DNA of 64,000 nt from Bacilli bacterium (GTDB taxonomy: Bacteria; Bacillota_I; Bacilli_A; RF39; UBA660): NCBI GenBank assembly GCA_022795155.1, contig JAAWGF010000002.1, positions 17,096 through 81,095 on the forward strand, in the 5' to 3' direction. The notes under the pieces were generated by a model, which saw only the letters and a list, made by a program, of their open reading frames with translations, was not told the origin of the DNA and ran no database searches. The position numbers and the translations under genes were made by a program. Shown here in pieces: positions 16,845-28,568 of the stretch. Position 1 is the stretch's first letter. Each line of letters starts with the position of its first letter.

Positions 16845-17459
16845 TTAATCTTCTTTATATTTAATGATTATATATCTATTTGGTTCCTCGCCTATACTTT
16901 CTGTTATTAATTTATTATATTTGCTTACATAATTATGAACTATCATTCTTTCATAAGAATTCATTGGATCTAATTTAGCATCTATTTTAGTTTTTAACAC
17001 TTCATCTATTATTTTTTTTATTTCGTGTTCTAAATTATTTATTTTTTTAGCTTTATAATTTGATGCATCAACATTAATACTAACAACATTATTAGTTATT
17101 CGTTTAATTATTGTTCTTATAATCGTTTGAATAGCATCTAAATTTTTACCATCTTTACCAATTAATATAGCATTATTATCTGATACTAACATGACATTAT
17201 AAATATTATTCTCTTCTTTAATTTCACAATTAATTTGAATACTCATATATTTTTCTAAATTTTTAAAAAATTCTTTAATATAATTTTTTAAATCATCTTT
17301 TTTTATTATTTGCGCTATTACTTTTTTCCCTTTAAACAAACCGCCTTTTTCTTCGATTTTTGTAATAATTATTTGCTCTTTTTTTAGATTTAATTCATTT
17401 TCTATTTTTTCAATTATTTCTTCAATATTTTTTCCTTCATACTCTAATTTTTCACACAT
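16845..17459 (-). CDS. jag: Jag/KhpB RNA-binding protein (KH + R3H)
   Basis: KH-like LIGKDGKNLDAIQ and R3H-like MNSYERMIVHNYV. It overlaps the yidC stop, the conserved yidC-jag arrangement. Confidence 0.85.
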   Translation of the reverse strand: MCEKLEYEGKNIEEIIEKIENELNLKKEQIIITKIEEKGGLFKGKKVIAQIIKKDDLKNYIKEFFKNLEKYMSIQINCEIKEENNIYNVMLVSDNNAILIGKDGKNLDAIQTIIRTIIKRITNNVVSINVDASNYKAKKINNLEHEIKKIIDEVLKTKIDAKLDPMNSYERMIVHNYVSKYNKLITESIGEEPNRYIIIKYKED

Positions 17460-18376
17460 TTATTTTTACCTCTCTTTACAAGCAAATTTTGAATAATTGT
17501 AAATGTACTATTGGCAATCCAATATAATTCAATACCAGCTGACATTGTAATTGAAGCAATTCCTATAAATATTATTGAAAAATTACTCATCATCTTCATT
17601 TGTTTTTCAGCTTCTGGAGCCATTGTTGCATTACTATTTAATTTAAATGAGAAATAAGTAGCTAAGGTAACAAGAACAATTAATATAATATAATAATAAT
17701 GACCATTTTGCATACCTATTATTGGGCTGGTTCCTAATTGTAATCCTAAAAAATCTTCTTCAAAAATAGCAGGCAATCTATTCATTGCTTCAAAAAATGC
17801 AAAAAACAATGGAATTTGAATAATTGAGAAAATACAACCAGTCATTGGATTAATCTCATACTTTTTATAAATCATTAACATTTCTTGACTCTTACGCATC
17901 ATATCATCTTGGCTAGTTTTATTAGCATATTTTTTTTCTAAATTTTGTAATTCAGGTTGAGCCTTTTTCATATTTTCTGATTGCATAGCAGCTTTTCTTG
18001 TTATAGGATATAGTATTAATCTTATTAATAAGGTTATTATAATAATTGATAATCCATAATTTTTTACTAATTGTCCTAATTTTATAATTACTATAGCAAG
18101 GGGTTTTACAAATATTGTTGTCCATATGCCATCATATTTTGTATTATTAAAACTCAAATTTTCACATGATGGCAATTCACTTAAATCAAAATTATATTTT
18201 TCATAAGTAGATATAGTTTCTTCTGCTTCAGGTTTACATAGTATATTAGATGCTAAATTTTGGCCTGTCAATTCATTTTTAACAACTTTTTTATCATCTT
18301 TTAAATATTTAGTACATCCTGTTAAACTAAATACTATCATTGTTAATAATATTATTTTTTTCAAATTTTTTCGCAC
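17444..18376 (-). CDS. yidC: membrane protein insertase YidC/SpoIIIJ (lipoprotein form)
   Basis: Lipobox SLTGC, and the conserved YidC core (LLIRLILYPIT, INPMTGC, ELYWI.NS). GTG start with AAGGAG 7 nt upstream. Confidence 0.9.
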   Translation of the reverse strand: MRKNLKKIILLTMIVFSLTGCTKYLKDDKKVVKNELTGQNLASNILCKPEAEETISTYEKYNFDLSELPSCENLSFNNTKYDGIWTTIFVKPLAIVIIKLGQLVKNYGLSIIIITLLIRLILYPITRKAAMQSENMKKAQPELQNLEKKYANKTSQDDMMRKSQEMLMIYKKYEINPMTGCIFSIIQIPLFFAFFEAMNRLPAIFEEDFLGLQLGTSPIIGMQNGHYYYIILIVLVTLATYFSFKLNSNATMAPEAEKQMKMMSNFSIIFIGIASITMSAGIELYWIANSTFTIIQNLLVKRGKNKCVKN

Positions 18377-18713
18377 ATTTATTCTCCTTTATTATATTAA
18401 ATTTTTTTAAAATATCATTTAATGAATTGGATATTTCAATAAAATTTAAATCAAAAATTCCCTTCCTTACCATTATAATACAATTAAAGTTATTTTCATA
18501 GCTATTTTGGTCAAGAATATTTTTTAATTGTCGTTTTATTTTATTTCTTATAACAGCTTTTCCAATTTTTTTACTAACAGAAAAACCAAATTTATATTTT
18601 TCTTGCTCTTTTTTTTCTAAAAATATAATAAATGCCTTTGTTTTATAAGGTTTTATATTTTTTATAATTCTATTATATTCATCATTACTTTTTATTATAT
18701 TTATTTTCTTCAT
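18327..18713 (-). CDS. rnpA: ribonuclease P protein component
   Basis: FGFSVSKKIGKAVIRNKIKRQLK is the RnpA RNR-type motif. Start set to ATG 18713. It lies downstream of rpmH. Confidence 0.85.
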   Translation of the reverse strand: MKKINIIKSNDEYNRIIKNIKPYKTKAFIIFLEKKEQEKYKFGFSVSKKIGKAVIRNKIKRQLKNILDQNSYENNFNCIIMVRKGIFDLNFIEISNSLNDILKKFNIIKENKCAKKFEKNNIINNDSI

Positions 18714-18734
18714 GACATCCCTCTTATAGTAAAA

Positions 18735-18756
18735 AACCACTAATTTTATAGTGGTT
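18735..18756 (-). terminator. hairpin between rpmH and rnpA
   Basis: AACCAC / GTGGTT stem with a 10-nt loop, followed on the minus strand by U6. It may act as a partial terminator or attenuator. Confidence 0.4.
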
Positions 18757-18760
18757 AATT

Positions 18761-18883
18761 TTAATGTGATAAAACTTTACGACCTTTTCTTCTTCTAGAA
18801 TTAATTATTTTAGTCTTCATTCGTGCTAAAAAACCTTGTTTCTTACTTCTTTTACGATTATTTGGTTGATATGTTCTTTTCAT
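18761..18883 (-). CDS. rpmH: 50S ribosomal protein L34
   Basis: Not in the ORF track (40 aa). It translates to [47 protein letters not shown] lies upstream. It holds the canonical position facing dnaA. Confidence 0.9.
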   Translation of the reverse strand: MKRTYQPNNRKRSKKQGFLARMKTKIINSRRRKGRKVLSH

Positions 18884-19181
18884 TCTCTACACCTCCTGAT
18901 TATAAAAATTTTTTCGTTGCTTTATAAATTATATATATTTATTCATTATTTGTCAATTATTTTTTTGTTTAAACATAAAATGTTCAAAACTTTTAAACAA
19001 TTTATAATTATTGTCAATAAATTTTAAACATATATGTTCAAAAAATGATTTAATTAAAGATAATTTCTATTATTGTTGTGCAAAAAATGTAATTTTTTAT
19101 TTTTTTATGTTCAAAACTATTTATTTTTTTATTTAAATAGTTTAAAATAAGTTAATAAGTTGGGAATAGAGGTGCAAAAGT
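18884..19181. other. oriC, upstream (rpmH-dnaA) part with repeated 9-mer boxes
   Basis: AT-rich 298-bp gap. TGTTCAAAA occurs at 18981-18989, 19035-19043 and 19108-19116, and TGTGCAAAA at 19077-19085, all in the same orientation. TGTGGATTT at 19181-19189 overlaps the dnaA GTG. Confidence 0.65.
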
Positions 19182-20528
19182 GTGGATTTAAAAAATATTT
19201 GGGAAGAAGCTTTAAAAAAATTCAAAGATAATTTGTCATCAATTGTTTTTGATACATGGTTTTCAGAAACAGAATTATTAGAATTAAATAATAATATAGC
19301 AAAAATAAAGGTTCCAACACATGTTCATAAAAAATATTTAAAAGAAAATTATAACGATTTAGTTTGTGAAATATTTAATGAGATAGCTGGGTCTAATTTT
19401 CAATTTGAATATTATACTGAAGAAGAAATTGACGAAAATATAAAAATTAATACCGATGAAGTAGGGGTCCCAGCATTTAATTTTAATTCTAATTTAAATC
19501 CTCAATATACATTTGATAATTTTATTGTTGGAAAATCTAATAAATTTGCTCGTCTTTCAGCTTTAGCGGTTGCCGAAAAGCCAGGCATAATGTATAACCC
19601 TTTATTTTTATATGGAAATAGTGGTTTAGGTAAAACACATTTAATGCACGCGATTGGAAATTATATTGTTCAAAATAGTAAAAAAAAGGTGTTATATATT
19701 ACAAGTGATGATTTTATTAATGATTTTGTTGATTTACATAGGAAAAATGACGGTAATAATATTGATGATGTTCAAAACTTTAAGAAAAAATATCGCGATA
19801 TTGATGTATTAATGATTGATGATATTCAATATTTACAAGTTGCAGATAAATCACAGGAAGCTTTTTTTCATACTTTCAATGAATTATATGCTAATAACAA
19901 ACAGATTATTATTTCTTCTGATCGATCACCTGATGATTTAAAAAGATTAGAAGATCGTTTGAAAACAAGATTTAATTGGGGACTTACAGCGGATATTCTT
20001 CCACCAGATTTTGAACTTAGAATGCAAATAATAAATAAAAAAATTGAAAGTAATTTTATGCAAGAAGAATTTCCAGAAGATGTAAAAGAATATATAGCTA
20101 GTAATTGTTCTTCAGATATTAGAAAATTAGAAGGAGCTATTACAAGGATTACAGCATATGCAGCTACTATGAATGAAAAAGATATAAATTTAGATTTAGC
20201 GATTGAGGCCTTAAAAGACTTTTTCTCTAAGACTGTTATTTCAAAAAATAAGATTGAACAAGTTCAACAAATAGTAGCACAAAATTATAATATTTCATTA
20301 GAAGATTTAAAAAGTAAAAAGAGGGTAGTAACAATTGCGCTTCCTAGACAAATTGCTATGTATATTTGTAGAGTTGTTTTAGAAGAATCATTACCTAAGA
20401 TTGGAATTGAATTTGGAGGTAAAAATCATACTACTGTTATGCATTCCGTTGATAAAATAAAAAAAGAAATTAGTAAAAGAAAAGATTTTGAAGATGAAAT
20501 AAAAAAATTAATTGGACAAATTCAATAG
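19182..20528 (+). CDS. dnaA: chromosomal replication initiator protein DnaA
   Basis: AAA+ Walker A GNSGLGKTHLMHA, box VII/sensor motifs, and the C-terminal DNA-binding helix (GGKNHTTVMHS). GTG start with GAGGTG 7 nt upstream. Confidence 0.97.
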   Translation: MDLKNIWEEALKKFKDNLSSIVFDTWFSETELLELNNNIAKIKVPTHVHKKYLKENYNDLVCEIFNEIAGSNFQFEYYTEEEIDENIKINTDEVGVPAFNFNSNLNPQYTFDNFIVGKSNKFARLSALAVAEKPGIMYNPLFLYGNSGLGKTHLMHAIGNYIVQNSKKKVLYITSDDFINDFVDLHRKNDGNNIDDVQNFKKKYRDIDVLMIDDIQYLQVADKSQEAFFHTFNELYANNKQIIISSDRSPDDLKRLEDRLKTRFNWGLTADILPPDFELRMQIINKKIESNFMQEEFPEDVKEYIASNCSSDIRKLEGAITRITAYAATMNEKDINLDLAIEALKDFFSKTVISKNKIEQVQQIVAQNYNISLEDLKSKKRVVTIALPRQIAMYICRVVLEESLPKIGIEFGGKNHTTVMHSVDKIKKEISKRKDFEDEIKKLIGQIQ

Positions 20529-20646
20529 TTTTGAACACAAAAAAATTTTAATATTTGTTTATATGCAATGCTTATTTATTTTTTCCACATTTTGAACATT
20601 AATAATATTAATAATTATAAAAAAATAATATATAAAGGAGGATTTT
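20529..20646. other. oriC, downstream (dnaA-dnaN) part: boxes plus an AT-rich trinucleotide tract
   Basis: TTTTGAACA at 20529-20537. Abutting pair TTTTCCACA (20581-20589) and TTTTGAACA (20590-20598). Then TAA TAA TAT TAA TAA TTA TAA at 20600-20620. Confidence 0.6.
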
Positions 20647-21768
20647 ATGAAATTAAAAATTAAAAAAAATATTCTTATGGAAAATCTAAACTATGTGATA
20701 AAGGGAATTTCTAGTAAAAATTTGATACCAATATTAAATTGTATTAAATTTGATTTAACTAAGGAAGGTTTATATATGATGAGTACTGATAATGAAATTG
20801 CTATTAAAACTTTCATTAGTAAAAATGAGATAGAAGAGATAATTGAAGAAGGAGAAATTGTTGTATCTGGAAAGTATATATATGAGATAATAAAAAAATT
20901 GCCTAACACTATTGTAAACATTGAAGAATTGGTAGATTCAAAATTATATATATATACTGAAAATACTTCATGTAATTTTAATTGTAATAATGTTAATGAT
21001 TTTCCTGATTTAGATTTAGAAAATAGTTTAAGTCCTGTTTTAATTAGTAAAAAGTTATTCAAAACAATTATAAATCAAACGATATTTGCGACATCTAATC
21101 AAGAATCAAGACCTGTATTAACAGGAATAAATATAAAAATAAATGATGATATATTAGAGTGTACAGCAACCGACTCTTATCGATTATCAAAAAAAATAGT
21201 AAAATTGTCTAATAAGATTGATGATAATATTAATATTTTAATACCTACTAGAAATTTAAATGAATTAGTTAAGTTATTTAGTGACGAAGAAGATAATGTA
21301 GAATTACATATTTTTAGTAATAAAATTATTTTCAAATTTGGTAATATTGTATTTATGTCACGACTTATTAATGGAACATATCCTGATACTTCTAAATTAA
21401 TTCCTACTAGTTTTGAATTAAAAATTAAAGTTAATTTAGATGATTTTTATTCTTCATTAGATAGAGCGTCATTATTAACTAATGAAGATGATAAAAATAC
21501 AATTAGGTTAGAGAGTTTTGAAGATAAAATTAAAATTTATTCTAATATTCCTGAAATAGGGAATGTTGAGGAAACGATAATGGCTTCAAAAAATAATTCT
21601 GAAAATATAAAAATCGCCTTTAGTTCAAAATATATGATGGAAGCTCTAAAAGCTATTGATGGAAATGAAATTGAAATTAAATTTAATGGTGAAGTAAAAC
21701 CAATTGTTATAACTGAAGTAGAAAATGAGAATTTAATAGAATTGATTTTGCCGATTAGAACATATTAA
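20647..21768 (+). CDS. dnaN: DNA polymerase III beta sliding clamp
   Basis: 373 aa with the three-domain clamp length. Conserved RPVLTGI and ATDSYRLS motifs. It lies immediately after dnaA. Confidence 0.95.
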   Translation: MKLKIKKNILMENLNYVIKGISSKNLIPILNCIKFDLTKEGLYMMSTDNEIAIKTFISKNEIEEIIEEGEIVVSGKYIYEIIKKLPNTIVNIEELVDSKLYIYTENTSCNFNCNNVNDFPDLDLENSLSPVLISKKLFKTIINQTIFATSNQESRPVLTGINIKINDDILECTATDSYRLSKKIVKLSNKIDDNINILIPTRNLNELVKLFSDEEDNVELHIFSNKIIFKFGNIVFMSRLINGTYPDTSKLIPTSFELKIKVNLDDFYSSLDRASLLTNEDDKNTIRLESFEDKIKIYSNIPEIGNVEETIMASKNNSENIKIAFSSKYMMEALKAIDGNEIEIKFNGEVKPIVITEVENENLIELILPIRTY

Positions 21769-21778
21769 GAAGAGAAAT

Positions 21779-21809
21779 AGAAGAAAAATAATAAATTTCT
21801 TCTTTTTTT
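21779..21809 (+). terminator. intrinsic terminator after dnaN
   Basis: AGAAGAAA / TTTCTTCT 8-bp stem (21779-21786, 21796-21803), followed by a T-run to 21809. Confidence 0.6.
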
Positions 21810-21901
21810 GACAAAAAATGATTAAATTCGACATAAAATTTTGATATAAAAAAGGAAATTTGATATTTTTTATTGAAAAATATCTATAGGAGGTGATAAT
21901 T

Positions 21902-22351
21902 TTGTTTGATACTTATGAAATTACAAAAAATACATTAGCAATTATTCCAATTGATGCGAAGAGGAGTGAGGTGATTGAAGATAATGACACGTTTATAATT
22001 AACAAGTGTTCCACAAAAATTGTTGATGATAGCTGCAAATTTTTTGGAAGTTCATTGGATGGTCGTCAGGAAGGAACAAAAAATTTAATAGGTGTTAATT
22101 ATAAAGCTCCAATTATAGTAGAAGAAACAAATGATGTAATTTTTTTTCCAACAAATTCTCCAAGAATAGTTGACTGTACATGGATATCATTAAATAATTT
22201 AGAAAATTATAAAAAAAATAATAATAAAACACAAGTTTTATTTAAAAATGGAAAAACAATTGATATAAGTATTTCTTATGGCTCATTAGAAAATCAAGTT
22301 TTACGATCAACAAGATTAGAATCAATTTTAAGAAAAAGAAAAAATATATAA
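21902..22351 (+). CDS. comK: competence transcription factor ComK family
   Basis: It aligns by eye with B. subtilis ComK blocks: DDSCKFFGSSLDGRQEGT, KAPIIV, IFFPTNSP, CTWIS, FKNGKTIDISISYGSLENQVLRS. The likely TTG start at 21902 is 8 nt after AGGAGG. Confidence 0.8.
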   Translation: MFDTYEITKNTLAIIPIDAKRSEVIEDNDTFIINKCSTKIVDDSCKFFGSSLDGRQEGTKNLIGVNYKAPIIVEETNDVIFFPTNSPRIVDCTWISLNNLENYKKNNNKTQVLFKNGKTIDISISYGSLENQVLRSTRLESILRKRKNI

Positions 22352-22492
22352 TTTTATCAAAAAATAAGCAAATATTGTTTATTTTTTTGTTTTTTGACCA
22401 AATAGTGTGTTATAATAGTATGTGTGTATAGGAGTATTTATTTTATCTAAAAGCTTTTTTAGAGGCTTAAAATTGAAAAAAAGGTGTTATTA

Positions 22493-25544
<3,052 letters not shown>

Positions 25545-25553
25545 GAGGTAAAC

Positions 25554-27998
25554 ATGGATAGAGTAGAACATAATAATATAGATAAAGAAGTCAAAAAATC
25601 TTTTATGGAATATGCCATGAGTGTCATAGTTGCTCGTGCTTTGCCTGATGTTCGAGATGGTTTGAAACCTGTTCATAGACGAATTGTTTATTCAATGTTA
25701 GAATCTGGATATACACCAGATAAGCAACATCGTAAATGCGCAAGAATTGTCGGAGATGTAATGGGAAAATATCATCCACATGGTGATTCTAGTATTTATG
25801 AAGCTATGGTTAGAATGGCTCAAGATTTTAGTTATAGATATATGTTAGTGGATGGACATGGGAATTTTGGCAATATGGATGGTGATGGCGCAGCTGCAAT
25901 GCGTTATACGGAAGCAAGAATGTCTAAAATCAGTATGGAATTAGTCCGCGATATTAATAAAGATACAGTTGATTTTGACCCTAACTTTGATGAAACAGAA
26001 AAAGAACCACACGTTTTACCTAGTAGATTTCCTAATATTTTAGTTAATGGAACAATGGGAATTGCGGTAGGTATGGCTACTAATATACCTCCGCATAATC
26101 TAGGTGAGGTAATTGATGGTTGTATCGCTTATATCGATAATAAAGAGATAACATCACTGGAATTAATGGAATATATTAAAGGTCCAGATTTTTCAACTGG
26201 CGGAATTATTTTAGGAAATAGTGGTATAAGAAAAGCTTATGAAACAGGTCGCGGTACAATAACAATTAGATGTCGAGCTGAAATTGATGAAGAACATGGT
26301 AAGTCTAGAATTGTTATTACTGAAGTTCCTTATGGTCTTAATACTTTAGAATTAAAAAATAGAATAGCTGAATTAGTACGTGATAAAGTTTTAGATGGAA
26401 TAGCTGATTATCATGAAGAAACAGGGGTTTCTCAAGGTGTTAAAATAGTTGTAACTTTAAAAAGAGAAGCGAATCCAAATGTTGTCTTAAATAATTTATA
26501 TAAACATACGCAATTACAAACGACATTTGGAATTAATTTCTTAATGTTAGACCAAGGCGTACCAAAGACGCTTAATATGCGAGAGATTATTGAAAAGTAT
26601 ATTGAATTCCAAAAAGAAGTTATAATAAGGAGAACAAAATTTGATTTAAAGAAGGCTGAGGCCCGTGCACATATTTTAAACGGATATAAAATTGCTTTAG
26701 ATCATTTAGATGATGTTATTAAAATAATTCGTGAGAGTAAGAGTGATGTGGACGCTAAAGAAAAATTAATTGCAAGTTATCAATTTACAGAAATTCAAGC
26801 TGACGCGATTCTTGAATTAAAATTAAGAAGGTTAACAGCACTAGAAAGGGATAAAATTGATAATGAATTAAAAGAGATATTGGCTTTAATTGAAGAATAT
26901 AATTCAATATTAGGTAGCGAAGAGCGAATATATGGTGTTATCAAACAAGAATTGCTTGAGATAAAACAAAAATATAGTGATGAAAGAAGAACTAACATAG
27001 ACATGTCAGCTATTGATTATATTGAAGATGAATCATTGATTCCAATTGAGGATATTATTGTTACTTTAACTAATAAAGGATATATTAAGAGAATAAATAG
27101 TGAGACATATCGTTCACAAAATCGTGGTGGTGTAGGAATAAAAGGTATGGCAACAAATGAAGAAGATTTTGTTGAGCAAATGATTTCTTTAACAACACAT
27201 GATTATTTAATGTTCTTTACAAATAAAGGGAAAGTATATCGTATGAAAGGATATGAAATCCCATTATTTAGTCGTCAATCAAAAGGATTACCTATTATCA
27301 ATTTATTACAAATAGAGAAAGAAGAATATGTAAAAGCGATATTGAAAGTATCAAAAGACGATAGTGCTAAATATTTGATATTCTGCACTTTAAATGGAAT
27401 AGTGAAGAAAACAGAATTATCTGAATTTGAAAATATTAGAAATTCTGGTAAAATAGCTATTAGTTTAAGAGATAATGATCAATTATTAGCGGTTAAATTG
27501 GCGGATTCTGAAAACGAAATATTAATTGCTTCTTCTAATGGTAGAATGATTAGATTTAATGAAAATGAATTACGTTCTATGGGTAGAACTGCTTCAGGGG
27601 TTAAAGGTATCGATGTTAATAATGGACTTTGTGTTGGATGTGAAGTGGCACATATTGGTGAGGAAGTATTAGTAGTAACAGAAAATGGTTATGGAAAGCG
27701 AACTAATATTGAAGAGTACCGTATGACACATCGTGGTAGCAAAGGTGTAAAAGCATTAAATATTACAGAAAAAAATGGAAATATAGTTGCATTTAAAGCG
27801 GTAAAAGAAGATAAGGATTTAATGATTATAACTAATAATGGTGTAATTATTCGATTACCTTTAGAACAAATTTCAAAATCTGGCCGTGTAGCCCAAGGTG
27901 TAAAATTAATTAATTTAAAAGATGAACAAAAAGTATCTAATATAGCTATTGTTGAAAAAGAAGAAAATATTATTGAAGAACAATCTAATGAAGAATAA
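25554..27998 (+). CDS. gyrA: DNA gyrase subunit A
   Basis: [24 protein letters not shown], the [17 protein letters not shown], the active-site region [10 protein letters not shown], and C-terminal beta-pinwheel repeats. Confidence 0.97.
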   Translation: MDRVEHNNIDKEVKKSFMEYAMSVIVARALPDVRDGLKPVHRRIVYSMLESGYTPDKQHRKCARIVGDVMGKYHPHGDSSIYEAMVRMAQDFSYRYMLVDGHGNFGNMDGDGAAAMRYTEARMSKISMELVRDINKDTVDFDPNFDETEKEPHVLPSRFPNILVNGTMGIAVGMATNIPPHNLGEVIDGCIAYIDNKEITSLELMEYIKGPDFSTGGIILGNSGIRKAYETGRGTITIRCRAEIDEEHGKSRIVITEVPYGLNTLELKNRIAELVRDKVLDGIADYHEETGVSQGVKIVVTLKREANPNVVLNNLYKHTQLQTTFGINFLMLDQGVPKTLNMREIIEKYIEFQKEVIIRRTKFDLKKAEARAHILNGYKIALDHLDDVIKIIRESKSDVDAKEKLIASYQFTEIQADAILELKLRRLTALERDKIDNELKEILALIEEYNSILGSEERIYGVIKQELLEIKQKYSDERRTNIDMSAIDYIEDESLIPIEDIIVTLTNKGYIKRINSETYRSQNRGGVGIKGMATNEEDFVEQMISLTTHDYLMFFTNKGKVYRMKGYEIPLFSRQSKGLPIINLLQIEKEEYVKAILKVSKDDSAKYLIFCTLNGIVKKTELSEFENIRNSGKIAISLRDNDQLLAVKLADSENEILIASSNGRMIRFNENELRSMGRTASGVKGIDVNNGLCVGCEVAHIGEEVLVVTENGYGKRTNIEEYRMTHRGSKGVKALNITEKNGNIVAFKAVKEDKDLMIITNNGVIIRLPLEQISKSGRVAQGVKLINLKDEQKVSNIAIVEKEENIIEEQSNEE

Positions 27999-28014
27999 TG
28001 TTTCACGTGAAACA
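27999..28014. promoter_or_regulatory. parS site 1 (also a likely gyrA terminator hairpin)
   Basis: Exact TGTTTCACGTGAAACA within the 32-bp perfect palindrome 27991-28022. It overlaps the gyrA stop (27996-27998) and is followed by TTTTTAT. Confidence 0.8.
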
Positions 28015-28230
28015 TTATTCTTTTTATAATAAAACATGCAAATAAAACATAAAATATTTTTAATAAAATTAAACAGTTCACAATTAAATTTCTAATATTC
28101 AACATGAAACATCAATAAAAATATAAGTTGTATTTTTGGATTATTAATATAGATAACTATAATAGTATTTATTGGAAATGAAATATTATTTTTATATTAC
28201 CCTATTTTAAAAACTACAATTCAATAACAA

Positions 28231-28246
28231 TGTTTCACGTGAAACA
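28231..28246. promoter_or_regulatory. parS site 2
   Basis: Exact TGTTTCACGTGAAACA within the 32-bp perfect palindrome 28223-28254. It lies in non-coding DNA. Confidence 0.8.
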
Positions 28247-28394
28247 TTGTTATTTTTAACCAATAAGTTTATTTCAAAAATATTAGTATATATATTATTT
28301 ATTTTTTTATAAAACTATATATAATGATATTTGAATAATTGAAATTTTAGTTAATATATATTGCTTTTTTAGTATATTTATTTCTAAATTACTA

Positions 28395-28410
28395 TGTTTC
28401 ACGTGAAACA
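28395..28410. promoter_or_regulatory. parS site 3
   Basis: Exact TGTTTCACGTGAAACA (18-bp palindrome 28394-28411) in non-coding DNA. Confidence 0.8.
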
Positions 28411-28443
28411 TTAAACTAAAATAATATAAAAATGTTATTTATA

Positions 28444-28472
28444 TTGATTTATAAGAATAAATATTATATATT
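28444..28472 (+). promoter_or_regulatory. sigma-A-like promoter of the SRP RNA
   Basis: TTGATT (28444-28449), 17-bp spacer, TATATT (28467-28472). The first G of the predicted RNA helix follows 7 nt later, at 28479. Confidence 0.5.
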
Positions 28473-28478
28473 ATTAAA

Positions 28479-28552
28479 GGTACAACATTTATAAACGAAT
28501 CAGGTCAGAATAGGAATATAGCAGCCTTAAGTTTCCCTAAGTGTGTGTACCT
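28479..28552 (+). ncRNA. ffs: small (4.5S-type) signal recognition particle RNA
   Basis: - CAGGTCAGAATAGGAATATAGCAGCC matches the universal domain IV core CAGGUCAG-N4-GGAA-N4-GCAGCC with identical spacing and a GGAA tetraloop.
- The ends pair (GGTACA 28479-28484 with TGTACC 28546-28551) and are followed by T7.
- It neighbours tadA/dnaX, like B. subtilis scr.
- The ends are approximate. Confidence 0.78.
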
Positions 28553-28568
28553 TTTTTTAGGTGATAAT

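Noticed and set aside
18836-19027. 63-aa plus-strand ORF in the rpmH-dnaA gap
   Set aside because: It overlaps rpmH on the opposite strand and covers the oriC box region. Its composition is Phe/Ile/Leu-rich as expected from AT-rich non-coding DNA, and it has no SD.
27689-28105. 138-aa minus-strand ORF running from the gyrA 3' end across the first parS site
   Set aside because: It is antisense to the strongly supported gyrA gene, has hydrophobic low-complexity content typical of shadow ORFs in AT-rich DNA, and has no SD. The region beyond gyrA is better explained by the parS palindrome.
27999-28544. Expected an rRNA operon or tRNA genes after gyrA, as with B. subtilis rrnO
   Set aside because: The interval is almost pure A/T apart from the parS cores and the SRP RNA. 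No 16S/23S/5S-like conserved segments or tRNA cloverleaf-capable GC-rich stems are present.
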